This document shows, piece after piece, positions 28,970-38,652 of a stretch of DNA of 64,000 nt (position 1 is the first letter of the stretch; each line of letters starts with the position of its first letter). The DNA is taken from NCBI GenBank assembly GCA_963848445.1, contig CAWKDT010000001.1, forward strand, positions 842,667 through 906,666. Direction: 5' to 3'. Made by a program: the position numbers and the translations under genes. This stretch comes from Candidatus Dormiibacterota bacterium. GTDB lineage: Bacteria; Chloroflexota; Dormibacteria; Aeolococcales; Aeolococcaceae. The notes under the pieces were generated by a model. It worked only from the letters and a program-made list of their open reading frames with translations, was not told where the DNA came from and did no database searches.

Positions 28970-30664
28970 TTATCCCCCAGGCGGAGCCGGCGTGACCGGC
29001 CTCGCACGGGCGCCCCGGGCGGCGGGGAGATACGTGTCGGGCAGGTCGTTGGCGAACAGGACGACGTCGCCGGGGCGGGCAAAGGTCTGGAGCACGGCCG
29101 TCGCCTCGTCGAGCGTGTCGACCAAGTGGACGCGGTCGTCGCCCAGGCCGCCCTCACGCAATCCGCCGCGAAGCGCGCCGCTCGTCCTCGCCGACATCAC
29201 GATCACGTGGTCGCAGACCTGTGCGGCGTGGGCCCCGTAGCGGCGGTTCTCCTCGTCCTCGACGCTGCCGAGCTCGACGAGCCCCGGGGTCACGAGGAAC
29301 TTCGCGCCACCCGTCATCGCCGCGAGCACCTCGAGCCCGTTGTGCACGCCGACCGGGTTCGCGTTGTACGAGTCGTCGATGACCGTCAGCGGCCCGGTGG
29401 TCGCCATCAGCTGCAGGCGGTGCTCGACCGGCGCCAGCGATGCCGCCGCGGCGATGGCGGCGTCGATCGAGTAGCCGAGCACGTGCACCGCGGCGAGCGC
29501 GGCGCTGGCGTTGGCGACCTGATGGCGGCCGAGCAGCGGCACCGTCACCGCCCGATCCAGACCCTCCGCCGCCCAGCGCCATCGAAACGCGCAGCCGTGG
29601 GAATCGATGCGCACCGACGAGGCGACCACCTCGGCATCGACAGCATCGGCGCCGCCGTCGATCGCGTATCGGATGAGCCGTCGGTGCGCTCCAGCCCCGC
29701 GCCGGGCGAGCGCCGCACCCGCATCGTCGCCCGTGTAGACGATCCAGGCGCCGTCGTCGGGAAGCGCGGCCACGACCTCGTACATCGCGTCCGCGATGCG
29801 ATCCAGCGTGCCGAAGCGCTCCATGTGCTGCGGGCCGACGGCGGTCGTGATCGCGACACGCGGGTGCACCAGCGCGCTCATGGCGGCGATCTCCCCCAGC
29901 GCGTAGGCATCCATCTCGACGACGAAGACGCGATGCTCCGGCAGGAGATCCTCGTTGATCACGCGGCTCACGCCCATCAGCGTGTTGAAGCTCTTGCGGG
30001 TCGGCAGCGTCGTGACGCTCGGTTCCAGAAGGTGCGCCAGGATGTGCTTCGTGCTGGTCTTGCCGAAGCTGCCCGCCACGGCGACGACGAGCGGATCGAC
30101 CGCGGTCAGGCGCCGCTGTGCGAGCGTGAGGTAGTGACGGCGGATCCGAGCCTCGGCGGGCTTCGTGACAACATTGGCAGCAACGAGGAGGACCTCGCTG
30201 AGCGACGTCACGAGCCCTGCCGCGATGAGCACGAGCACGACCGACACCACCGGGTGCAGTGCCACGATGCCGAGCGCGAGGCCCGCGGCGAGGATCACCG
30301 CGAGGAACCCACCGGCGACCAGCAGGCGCCGCATCCTGGCCGTCATCACGAGCGGCCGCTTGGCCGCGGTCCAGCGCCAGGTCACCTGCGCCGCCGCGGC
30401 GGACGCCAGCCACGCAACGGCGATCGCGACCGGTCGCGCCGCCGGGAAGACCGCCGCGACGGCGAACGCGATCACCGCAACACCGAGCCCGAGCCACACC
30501 GCCCGATGGGCGAGCCACTCGCGGGTCAGCCCCCAGCGCAGGAACCGGATCGACTCGTACTCCTCGATCTGGAACATGCGCGCGGCGACGAGCACGATGC
30601 GCGCGACGAGGATGAGCCACATCACCGCCGCGATCGCGACGAGCGGGCCGAGCAGCGGGCTCAC
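28970..30664 (-). CDS. murF: MurF-like UDP-MurNAc-tripeptide--D-Ala-D-Ala ligase. Central and C-terminal domains are fused to an N-terminal membrane domain of about 190 aa (about 5 TM helices).
   Basis: P-loop VAVAGSFGKTSTK. MurF-specific DDSYNANP motif. The distance from P-loop to C-terminus matches E. coli MurF. The N-terminal 190 aa are hydrophobic helices (LLGPLVAIAAVMWLILVARIVLV, AVWLGLGVAVIAFAVAAVF, LLVAGGFLAVILAAGLALGIVAL, VVSVVLVLIAAGLVTSL) with strong GC3 coding signal. GTG start overlaps the upstream hydrolase stop (GTGA). Confidence 0.75.
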   Translation of the reverse strand: MSPLLGPLVAIAAVMWLILVARIVLVAARMFQIEEYESIRFLRWGLTREWLAHRAVWLGLGVAVIAFAVAAVFPAARPVAIAVAWLASAAAAQVTWRWTAAKRPLVMTARMRRLLVAGGFLAVILAAGLALGIVALHPVVSVVLVLIAAGLVTSLSEVLLVAANVVTKPAEARIRRHYLTLAQRRLTAVDPLVVAVAGSFGKTSTKHILAHLLEPSVTTLPTRKSFNTLMGVSRVINEDLLPEHRVFVVEMDAYALGEIAAMSALVHPRVAITTAVGPQHMERFGTLDRIADAMYEVVAALPDDGAWIVYTGDDAGAALARRGAGAHRRLIRYAIDGGADAVDAEVVASSVRIDSHGCAFRWRWAAEGLDRAVTVPLLGRHQVANASAALAAVHVLGYSIDAAIAAAASLAPVEHRLQLMATTGPLTVIDDSYNANPVGVHNGLEVLAAMTGGAKFLVTPGLVELGSVEDEENRRYGAHAAQVCDHVIVMSARTSGALRGGLREGGLGDDRVHLVDTLDEATAVLQTFARPGDVVLFANDLPDTYLPAARGARARPVTPAPPGG

Positions 30665-31446
30665 GACACCGCTCCGGTCGCCTGATCGCGGAGGAAGACG
30701 TCGACGATCGTGCAGAAGCGGACGGGTTGCTCCAGGTACGCGTAGTGACCCGCGCCCTCGAACACCACGAGGCCGGCATCGGGGATGAGGCGCTCCATCA
30801 GCCGGCCGTCGGCCAGCGGCGTCTCGGTGTCCTGCTCGCCCCAGATCAACAGCGTCGGCACGCGCACCTCCGGGAGCAGCGAGCGGAGGTCCTCGTTGAC
30901 GAGCCGGACGAGCGTGCCCCGCATCGTCCCCGACGCCGCGCGATAGTCGACCGAGCCGCGCATGTCCGCGCGGCGCCCCGCGCCGCGACGGAGCGCGCCG
31001 GGCAGCGCGCCGGTGCGCTCCACCGCACGGAGCGCCTTGTACGAGCGGACGCGCACGGTGTCGCGGACGGTTCGGCGCGGACGGATCCCGGCGCTGCCGG
31101 TCAGCACCAACCTGCGGATCCGCTCCGGGTGCGAGGCGGCCATCACGATCCCGATGCGGCCGCCGTTGGAGTGGCCGATGACGTCGCAACGCTCGATCCC
31201 GAGACGCTGGAGCAGCGCGAAGCACCACGCCGCGTACTCGTGCGCCGACCACGGGACGTCGGGCTCCGGAGTGCCGCCGAAGCCGGGGACGTCCGGAACG
31301 ATGAGCTCCCGCCCCGGCTGCAGCGCATCGAGGATCGGCACGAAGAGCTCCCCGCTGACCCCCCAGCCGTGCAGCAGCAGCAGGGGCAGTCCGGCGCCGC
31401 GGACCCGCACCTGTGCGGCCGGGACCTCCGAAACGCGTTCGCTCAT
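30661..31446 (-). CDS. alpha/beta-fold hydrolase (Ser-Asp-His triad; BioH/MenH-like)
   Basis: HGWGVSGELF oxyanion region. Nucleophile elbow GHSNGG. Asp in WGEQDTETP. His in GAGHYAYLEQP. Confidence 0.8.
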   Translation of the reverse strand: MSERVSEVPAAQVRVRGAGLPLLLLHGWGVSGELFVPILDALQPGRELIVPDVPGFGGTPEPDVPWSAHEYAAWCFALLQRLGIERCDVIGHSNGGRIGIVMAASHPERIRRLVLTGSAGIRPRRTVRDTVRVRSYKALRAVERTGALPGALRRGAGRRADMRGSVDYRAASGTMRGTLVRLVNEDLRSLLPEVRVPTLLIWGEQDTETPLADGRLMERLIPDAGLVVFEGAGHYAYLEQPVRFCTIVDVFLRDQATGAVS

Positions 31447-31474
31447 GCCGGCGACACTCCGCCCCGGGCGGCGC

Positions 31475-32679
31475 TCAGGCCGGCTTGCCGGTGAGCAGCC
31501 ACGTGTCGATGGAGAAGGTCGTCTCCTGCCGCTCGTGATGCCGCGCCATGCCGAGATCGACCAGCCGGAGCAGCAGGTCCTCGAAGGGCAGTCCCGACGC
31601 CTCCCAGAGATAGAACGCGAGGGAGCCGGGCACCGTGTTCAGCTCGTTGACGACAAACGAATCCCGCTCCAGGTCGACGAGGAAGTCGACGCGCGTCACC
31701 CCCGCGGCGCCGATCGCGCGAAAGGCGGCGACCGCCGCGTCCTGGATGCGCGTGGCAAGTGCTTCGGGTATGGGCGCAGGGATGATCCGCTGCGCGCTCT
31801 TCATGCCCGTCGCGGGCCCTTTCGCGGCGGCTTTCCCCTTGCCACCGCTCAGGTACTTGTCGGCATAGCTCAGCGTGCCGCTGCTCACGGGCTGCTCGCA
31901 CACCGAGACGCGCACGTCTTCCCCGGAGCCGAGGACCGAGCAGTTGATCTCGACGATCCCCTCGAGCGCGGGCTCGGCGAGGACGTCGGCGTCGTACCGG
32001 AACGCGAGGTCGAGGGCGTCGAGCAGCTGCCGGCGATCGATGACGTGCACCACGCCGATGCTCGAGCCGAGGGTTCGCGGCTTCACGTACATCGGATAGC
32101 CGGGATGCGTCTCGAGCTCCGCGCACATCACCTCGGCGCCATCGCGCCAGCGGGCGCGCGACACGGCGACGTCATCGAGCACGGGGACTCCCGCGCCGCG
32201 GAGCGTCGTCCGCGCCAGCCGTTTGTCCATGCTCACCGCCGCCGCGGCCACACCGCACCCGCAGTACGCGACACCCGCCAGCTCGAGGAGACCCTGCAGC
32301 GTGCCGTCCTCCCCGTTCGACCCGTGGATGAGGGGCAGCGCAATGTCGAACTGTGCGGCCGCGCGCGGCGCGCCGCCGAGCAGCCCCCGGCGAGAGGCGG
32401 CGTCGACGAGCTCCCCGCCGGCCCCGGGCTCCGGATGCATGGTGACCCGGGTCGACGCGGCGATGAGCCGGTCGATGTCGCGATAGCGCTCGAGGTCGAG
32501 GAGCGGCGTTCCCGTGTACCAGGCGCCGGATTTGGCGATGTAGACGGGCACCGGCGTCATCCGGTCGGCGGGCATCGCCGCCATCGCCTGCTGGGCCGTG
32601 ATCACCGAGACCTCGTGCTCGACCGACCGTCCGCCGAAGAAGACGCCGACCCTGATCGCGCCGCTCACGGGACACCGCT
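31475..32679 (-). CDS. ddl: D-alanine--D-alanine ligase
   Basis: ATP-grasp fold. Omega-loop YADKYL keeps the Tyr typical of D-Ala-D-Ala ligases (not D-Ala-D-Lac). GTG start overlaps the murB end. Confidence 0.85.
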
Positions 32680-33597
32680 CGCGATCGGCTGCAACTCCTG
32701 CCGCCCGACCACGATGATCTCGCGCTCGAGGTCGATCCCGAACCGCGTGCGCACCTCCGCGTGGGCGAGTGCTACGAGCTCGAGCACATCCGCGGCGGTC
32801 GCGTGATCGACGTTCACGATGAAGTTGGCGTGCTTCGGCGAGATCTGCGCGCCACCGAGGCGGCGTCCCTTGAGCCCCGCCGCTTCCACGAGGCGTCCCG
32901 CCTTGTCGTCGGGCGGGTTCTTGAAGACGCTGCCGAGGCTCCGGATGCCATACGGCTGCGAGGCTTTGCGCTGGCTCTGGATCGCATCCGTGCGCGCGCG
33001 GACGGCCGCGGCGTCCTCGCGATGCACGCGCAGCCTGGCGCTCACCACAACATGGTCGCGGAGGTCGTCCTTGAAACGCGAATGGCGGTACGCGAAACCA
33101 CACTCCGCGGCGGTGAGCGTCAGCGGATGGCCGGCCGGATCGAGGGCCGTGCAGTCGATGACGACGTCCGCCATCTCGGTGCCGAAGGCGCCCGCGTTGC
33201 CATACACGCTCGCCCCGCAGGTGCCGGGCACCCCGATGCCGAACTCGAGCCCCGCGATGCCCCGCGAAGCGCAGTCGAGCGCCACGCGCGGCATCATGCA
33301 ACCGCCGCCGAGCTCGACGCTGCCGTCATCGATCACCCGCAGCGTCCGGTCGTCGTGGCGGATCACCAGCCCGTCGATGCCGCCGTCGCCGATGAGCGTG
33401 TTGCTCCCGGCCCCCAGCATGGTCACGACAACTCCCGTGTCGTGGCAGCGCGCGAGCAACCGGCCCAGCGCGGCCGCGTCGTGCGTGGTGGTGAACCACC
33501 GCGCGGGACCGCCGACGCCGAACTGGCTGTGGCGCGCGAGGGACTCGTCGCGCCGCACGCCGGGGACCGTGTCGAGCCAGTCACCGCCGGACACCAT
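32665..33597 (-). CDS. murB: UDP-N-acetylenolpyruvoylglucosamine reductase
   Basis: FAD-binding domain (GVGGPA...LGAGSN) and MurB C-terminal domain. Confidence 0.85.
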   Translation of the reverse strand: MVSGGDWLDTVPGVRRDESLARHSQFGVGGPARWFTTTHDAAALGRLLARCHDTGVVVTMLGAGSNTLIGDGGIDGLVIRHDDRTLRVIDDGSVELGGGCMMPRVALDCASRGIAGLEFGIGVPGTCGASVYGNAGAFGTEMADVVIDCTALDPAGHPLTLTAAECGFAYRHSRFKDDLRDHVVVSARLRVHREDAAAVRARTDAIQSQRKASQPYGIRSLGSVFKNPPDDKAGRLVEAAGLKGRRLGGAQISPKHANFIVNVDHATAADVLELVALAHAEVRTRFGIDLEREIIVVGRQELQPIASGVP

Positions 33598-34987
33598 GCG
33601 CCTCCAGGGCGCCGCGCAGCCGCGGCGCCAGCTTGTCGAAGCCACCGAGGGAGAGCACGAGCACGACGTCTCCCGGACGGGTCATCCGGGTGACCACGTC
33701 GAGTGCCTCCTCACTCGACGCGACAACATGGACCTCCGCGTGCGCGCCGACCCGTGCCGCGACATCATCGCTCGACACGATCTTCGGCATCCCCCGCTCG
33801 CGCGCCTCCTCGATGGGGCCGATCACCACGACGTCGGCTCCCGCGAAGCTGGTGCGGTAGTCCTCGAGGAGACGGCTCACCCGGGAGTACGTGTGCGGCG
33901 TGTGGATCGCGATCAGCCGGTGTCCCGCATATCGCTGGCGGGCGGCGTCGATCGCAGCGGCAACCTCGGTCGGGTGGTGCGCATAGTCGTCGACCACGGT
34001 CACCCCGTTGATGTCACCGAGGATCTGGAAGCGGCGCGCCGGCCCTCGGAAGTCGGCGCACGATGCGGCGGCGACCTCGGCGCCGACGCCCACCTGCTCC
34101 GCGAGGATCAGCGCCGCGCACGCGTTCTGCGCGTTGTGGATCCCGGGAAACGTGAGGCGGACCTCCAGCGGTGCGACCCCCTCGCGCTGCACCGCGAAGC
34201 GCTGCAGGCCGTGCTGCTCGCGCGCGTCGAGGATGCGCCAGTCGCTCTCCGGATTCGTGCCATAGGTGACTGCAACGCAGCTGGCGGCGGAGCGCAGCGC
34301 AAGGCACTCCGGGTCATCGGCGCAGAGCGCGAGCATGCCCGATGCCGGCATCGTCGAGGCGAGTTCGATGAACGGCGCGCGATACGCGTCGAGATCGGCG
34401 TACACGTCGGGATGGTCCAGCTCGAGGCGGGTGACGCACGCGGCGTGCGGCCGCGTGTGGAGGAACTTCGGACGCCGATCCCAGGGCGCCGACGTGTACT
34501 CGTCGCCCTCGAAGACGAACGGCCCGGTGCCGAGCCGCGAGGTGCCGCCCAGGTCGAGCGATGTGGAGCCCAGCCGGAACCCGGGGTCGAGGCCGGCGCG
34601 CTCGAGGATGTGGACGAGAAGCGCCGACGTGGTGGTCTTGCCATGGGTGCCACAGACGGTGAGCCGGGTCCGCTGCCCGGCGAGGCTGACATAGAACTCG
34701 ATCTCGCTCACGCACGGGAGGCCGCGCTCTCGTACGGCCGCAAGCTCCGGGTTGGACGGACGAGTCTGGTTCCCGACGACGACCAGATCGGGCACCCCCC
34801 AGCGGTCGAGATTCGCAGGATCGCTCCGGTTCTCCCACCGGATGCCCGCCGCGGTGACGGCGTCGCTCATCGGCGGATACGCGTGGTCGTCCGAGCCCGT
34901 GACCCGATCCCCGCGATCCAGCGCCAGCTGCGCGGCGCCGAAGGTCGCGTAGCCGCAGATGCCCAGCACATGGACGTGTCTGCTCAC
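33581..34987 (-). CDS. murC: UDP-N-acetylmuramate--L-alanine ligase
   Basis: VCGTHGKTTTSAL P-loop. DDYAHHP MurC signature. Confidence 0.85.
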   Translation of the reverse strand: MSRHVHVLGICGYATFGAAQLALDRGDRVTGSDDHAYPPMSDAVTAAGIRWENRSDPANLDRWGVPDLVVVGNQTRPSNPELAAVRERGLPCVSEIEFYVSLAGQRTRLTVCGTHGKTTTSALLVHILERAGLDPGFRLGSTSLDLGGTSRLGTGPFVFEGDEYTSAPWDRRPKFLHTRPHAACVTRLELDHPDVYADLDAYRAPFIELASTMPASGMLALCADDPECLALRSAASCVAVTYGTNPESDWRILDAREQHGLQRFAVQREGVAPLEVRLTFPGIHNAQNACAALILAEQVGVGAEVAAASCADFRGPARRFQILGDINGVTVVDDYAHHPTEVAAAIDAARQRYAGHRLIAIHTPHTYSRVSRLLEDYRTSFAGADVVVIGPIEEARERGMPKIVSSDDVAARVGAHAEVHVVASSEEALDVVTRMTRPGDVVLVLSLGGFDKLAPRLRGALEAHGVRR

Positions 34988-36090
34988 GCCGCTCTGCTCC
35001 GCCGGCCCGCTCCCGCCGCCTCGACGATGAGGCGCACCACCGATTCGGTCGCGTCCGGGAGGCCGAGGGCGGCGCTCGCCGCGGCCATGCGCCGCCAGCG
35101 CGGAGGATCGGCGATCAGCGCGCCGATCTCGGCGCCGAGCCGGGCGGGGGTGCACTCGGCGTCATCGATGATCAGCGCCGCGCCCGCGTCGGCGTAGGGC
35201 GCCGCGTTGTGCCGCTGGTGGCCGCCGGCGTGCGGGTACGGCACCACGATCATCGGTCGTCCGAGGACCGCGCACTCGGCGATGGACGATCCTCCGGCGC
35301 GCATGACCACGAGATCGCTGGCCGCCATGCGAGCCGCCATGTCGTCGAAGAACGCATCCTCCGTGTACCGGGCGGCGAGCGCGGGCGGCAGGGCCGCCGC
35401 GGCGATGGCGACCGCCTCGTGATCGAGGCTGCCGCACTGATGCACGATGCGAAGCTCCGGGTCGTCGCTCAGCAGCTTCACCATGGAGCCGGTCACCGCC
35501 CGGTTGAGGCGCCGCGCACCCTGCGACCCCCCGGTCACCAGGATCGAGCGGAGGCGGTCGCCGATCGGACGCGGGCGCACGGACCGCACCTCCGCGCGGA
35601 TCGGGTTGCCGGTGTGGACCACTCGGGCGTGGGGCAGGTACCGGGCGGTCTCGGCGAACGAGGCGGCGACAACCCGCGCTCGCCGGGCGAGCAGCCGGGT
35701 CGCCCTGCCCGGGACGGCGTTCTGCTCGAGCAGCACCACGGGAATCTGCTGGGCGAGCGCGGCGACGACCACGGGCACCGAGACGTAGCCACCCGAGCCG
35801 ACCACGACGTCGGGTCGCATCCGCCGCACCAGGCGTCGGGCCTCGAGGGTGGCCCGGGTCAGCTGGCTTGCCGCCCGAGCCATGCCGCCCGGGGTGCCCG
35901 CGTGCACGCCGCTCACGTCCAGGGTCTCCAGGCGAAGTCCCGCCGCGACCACCAGGCGCTCGGCCACCCCGTCGCGGCGGCCGACCACGGCCACCTCCGC
36001 GTCAGGTCGTGCGTCGCGCAGCGCCAGGGCGACCGCCAGTGCCGGGGTCAGGTGGCCCCCAGTACCCCCCCCGGCGATCAACGTGCGCAC
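34984..36090 (-). CDS. murG: undecaprenyldiphospho-muramoylpentapeptide beta-N-acetylglucosaminyltransferase
   Basis: IAGGGTGGH N-terminal motif. GT-B fold. GTG start inferred. Confidence 0.85.
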   Translation of the reverse strand: MRTLIAGGGTGGHLTPALAVALALRDARPDAEVAVVGRRDGVAERLVVAAGLRLETLDVSGVHAGTPGGMARAASQLTRATLEARRLVRRMRPDVVVGSGGYVSVPVVVAALAQQIPVVLLEQNAVPGRATRLLARRARVVAASFAETARYLPHARVVHTGNPIRAEVRSVRPRPIGDRLRSILVTGGSQGARRLNRAVTGSMVKLLSDDPELRIVHQCGSLDHEAVAIAAAALPPALAARYTEDAFFDDMAARMAASDLVVMRAGGSSIAECAVLGRPMIVVPYPHAGGHQRHNAAPYADAGAALIIDDAECTPARLGAEIGALIADPPRWRRMAAASAALGLPDATESVVRLIVEAAGAGRRSRAA

Positions 36091-37288
36091 GATTCGTCGC
36101 TCCCTGCCGGCGGCCCTGGGCGGAGATGTTGAGCAGAATGCCCATGCCCACGAGGGAGGTCGCCAGCGAGGTGCCACCGTAGCTGATGAAGGGCAGCGGG
36201 ATGCCCGTCGTCGGGATGACCCCGGTCACGGCGCTCACGTTGATGAACGCCTGCATGCAGATCCACGATGTGATGCCTCCCGCGAGCAGGGCGCCGAATC
36301 GGTCCGGCGCGCGCAGCGAGGCGCGCACACCGCGCCACGCCAGGAAGAGAAACGCCCCGAGCACCGCGACGGTTCCGATCAGCCCGAGCTCCTCGCCGAT
36401 GATCGCGAAGATGAAGTCGGTGTGCGCCTCGGGCAGCCACTCGTACTTCTGCACCGAGTTGCCGAGGCCGACCCCGAAGATCCCGCCGGAGCCGAAGGCG
36501 TAGAGCGCCTGGCAGTTCTGGAACCCCGACCCGAGGGCGTCCGCGCACGGGTTGAGGAAGTGGGCGAGCCGATCCGCGCGATAGGAGACGAGCCCGACGA
36601 GGGCGACGCCCGCCACGCCGAACATCGCGACGATGAGGACGAGGTGCCGCTTCCGGGCGCCGGCGAGCGCCAGCAGGATCAGGGCGGTCGTGGCGATGAC
36701 GATCGAGCTGCCGAGGTCGCGTTCGGCCAGGACGAGCGCGAGGAGCATCCCGAGCACGATGAGGTAGTCGCGAACCCCCCGAAGGCTGCGCACCGAGCCC
36801 TCGCGGTCGGTGAGCCAGCGGGCGAAGAAGACCACCGCGACGCCGACCGCGATCGCGGACGGCTGCACGGACAGCGGGCCTATCTGGAACCACCGCTGCG
36901 CCCCGAAGTGCTGGGCGCCGACGTGCGGGACGAGCACCACCAGGAGGAGCAGGAGCACGAGGAACATGACCGGGCGAGCCAGCCTCGAGAGGCGGTGGTA
37001 GTCGAAGCGCGCGGCCACGACGAGCCCGACTCCCCCCATCACCGCGCCGAGGAGCTGGTGGGCGAAGAAGTAGTTGGGGTCGTTGTACCAGAGGTAGCCG
37101 AGCGCCTCGGACGCGCTGTAGACCATGACGAGACCGAATCCGACGAGCCCGACCACGACGATCATCAGCCACCCGTCGACCCCCGCTGCCGCGGCGACAC
37201 GATCGGCGGCGGCGAAGGCACCGGCGACCCGGCCGCCGGCGCGCCAGCGTCCGGCCAGCCCGGTGAGCCTGCCCGCGCGCGCTGCCAT
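36002..37288 (-). CDS. ftsW: peptidoglycan glycosyltransferase FtsW (SEDS family)
   Basis: 10-TM SEDS protein with the conserved PEAHTDFIFA and FISYGGTSL motifs. The C-terminal tail overlaps the murG start by about 88 nt. Confidence 0.8.
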   Translation of the reverse strand: MAARAGRLTGLAGRWRAGGRVAGAFAAADRVAAAAGVDGWLMIVVVGLVGFGLVMVYSASEALGYLWYNDPNYFFAHQLLGAVMGGVGLVVAARFDYHRLSRLARPVMFLVLLLLLVVLVPHVGAQHFGAQRWFQIGPLSVQPSAIAVGVAVVFFARWLTDREGSVRSLRGVRDYLIVLGMLLALVLAERDLGSSIVIATTALILLALAGARKRHLVLIVAMFGVAGVALVGLVSYRADRLAHFLNPCADALGSGFQNCQALYAFGSGGIFGVGLGNSVQKYEWLPEAHTDFIFAIIGEELGLIGTVAVLGAFLFLAWRGVRASLRAPDRFGALLAGGITSWICMQAFINVSAVTGVIPTTGIPLPFISYGGTSLATSLVGMGILLNISAQGRRQGATNRAHVDRRGGYWGPPDPGTGGRPGAARRTT

Positions 37289-38652
37289 CAGGCGTTGCTC
37301 ACGGGATGTGCGGCGAGCCCGCGGACCGCGCCGGCGAACGCGTCGCCCCGTTCCTCGAAGTTGTGGAACTGGTCGAAGCTCTTGTATCCAGGAGCGAGGA
37401 GCACCACGTCGCCCTGCTGCGCCACCCCCGCCGCCGCGATCACCGCGTCGGCAAGCGTCGCCACGACGATCCGGGCGGCGAACCCTCGTGCGGCGAGCGC
37501 CGCATCGAGCTCCATCGCGCTCGCGCCGTTGAGCACGGCGAGCCGCGCGTGGCGCACGACCTCGTCCGCAAGCGGCTCGATCGAGGTTCCGGCGCCCTTG
37601 CCGCCTCCGATCCACACGATCGTGCGCCCCGGAAAGGAGCGGAGCGCCGCGACCGCGGCGTCGACGTTGGTCGCCTTGCTGTCGTTCACCCAGAGGATGC
37701 CGCCGTCGTCCCGAACCGCCTGGAGGCGGTGGGCCACCGGCTGAAAGTCCCGCACGGCGCCGGCGATCGGCGAGCCCTCGACGCCGGCCGCGCGGGCGAC
37801 CGCCACCGCCGCGAGCACGTTCTCGAGGTTGTGCTCCCCGAAGAGGGGGATGTCGGCAACGGGGAACATGCGCGCGGCGACACCCGCCTCGACGCCGACC
37901 ACGTCACCGCCGTGCCGGGTCGCCCCATCCTCGATGCCGGGCTGCAGGCCGAAGTAGCGAACGCGGGAGCGTGCGACGCTCGCCATCTCCCTCGTGACCG
38001 GATCGTCGAAGCCGAGCACGGCATCGTCGAGCGCGAACCGCACCAGCCTGCGTTTGGTCTCCGCGTACGCGGCGAAGTCGCCGTGCCGGTCCAGGTGATC
38101 GGGGGTGACGTTGAGCACGCAGGCGATCGCGCAGCGGGGCTCGCGCACCGATTCGATCTGGAAGGAGGAGAGCTCGAGCACCACCCAGTCGCCGGGCGCC
38201 ACCGCGTCGAGCCGGTCCAGCATCGGCACCCCGATGTTGCCGCCCAGGTGCACGCGCTCCCCCGCGCGCTCGAGGATCGCCGCGACGAGCGCTGTGGTGG
38301 TCGTCTTGCCGTTGGTGCCGGTGATCCCGCAGATCCGCGCGCGGCAGCGTTCGAAGACCAGGTCCATCTCGCTGCGCACCGGGACGCCGTGGGCGCGTGC
38401 CGCCTCGAGCTCCGGTGCGTCCCAGGGCACCCCCGGGCTCGGGCAGACCATGAGCGCGTCCACCGCAACGTCCACCCCGTAGCCGCCGAGGCGAACCTCC
38501 ACCGATTCCGGCAGCATCGCGGTGCGCTCCCGGAGCTCGGGAGTGTCGGCGCGATCGACGAGCACCACGTGATGGCCCTCGCGTGCCAGCGTCGCCGCGC
38601 ACGCGAAGCCGCTCCGTCCCGCGCCGATCACCACGACCGGGTGGTCCGTCAC
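37288..38652 (-). CDS. murD: UDP-N-acetylmuramoylalanine--D-glutamate ligase
   Basis: ICGITGTNGKTTTT P-loop. NDSKATN MurD signature. GTG start overlaps the mraY stop (GTGA). Confidence 0.85.
   Translation of the reverse strand: MTDHPVVVIGAGRSGFACAATLAREGHHVVLVDRADTPELRERTAMLPESVEVRLGGYGVDVAVDALMVCPSPGVPWDAPELEAARAHGVPVRSEMDLVFERCRARICGITGTNGKTTTTALVAAILERAGERVHLGGNIGVPMLDRLDAVAPGDWVVLELSSFQIESVREPRCAIACVLNVTPDHLDRHGDFAAYAETKRRLVRFALDDAVLGFDDPVTREMASVARSRVRYFGLQPGIEDGATRHGGDVVGVEAGVAARMFPVADIPLFGEHNLENVLAAVAVARAAGVEGSPIAGAVRDFQPVAHRLQAVRDDGGILWVNDSKATNVDAAVAALRSFPGRTIVWIGGGKGAGTSIEPLADEVVRHARLAVLNGASAMELDAALAARGFAARIVVATLADAVIAAAGVAQQGDVVLLAPGYKSFDQFHNFEERGDAFAGAVRGLAAHPVSNA

Noticed and set aside
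30661-32679. Possibility that ddl-hydrolase-murF is a van-like D-Ala-D-Lac resistance cassette
   Set aside because: The Ddl omega-loop retains the Tyr (YADKYL) of D-Ala-D-Ala ligases. No vanH-like dehydrogenase, VanX metallo-dipeptidase or VanRS is present. I kept it only as a remark inside the murF finding.
36002-36090. ftsW C-terminal tail overlapping murG by about 88 nt, taken as a frameshift
   Set aside because: The C8 run at 36065-36072 is in the correct frame for the conserved MurG AGGGTGGH motif, so no indel is required there. The FtsW tail may simply be long, or its true stop lies elsewhere. Not enough evidence to call an error.
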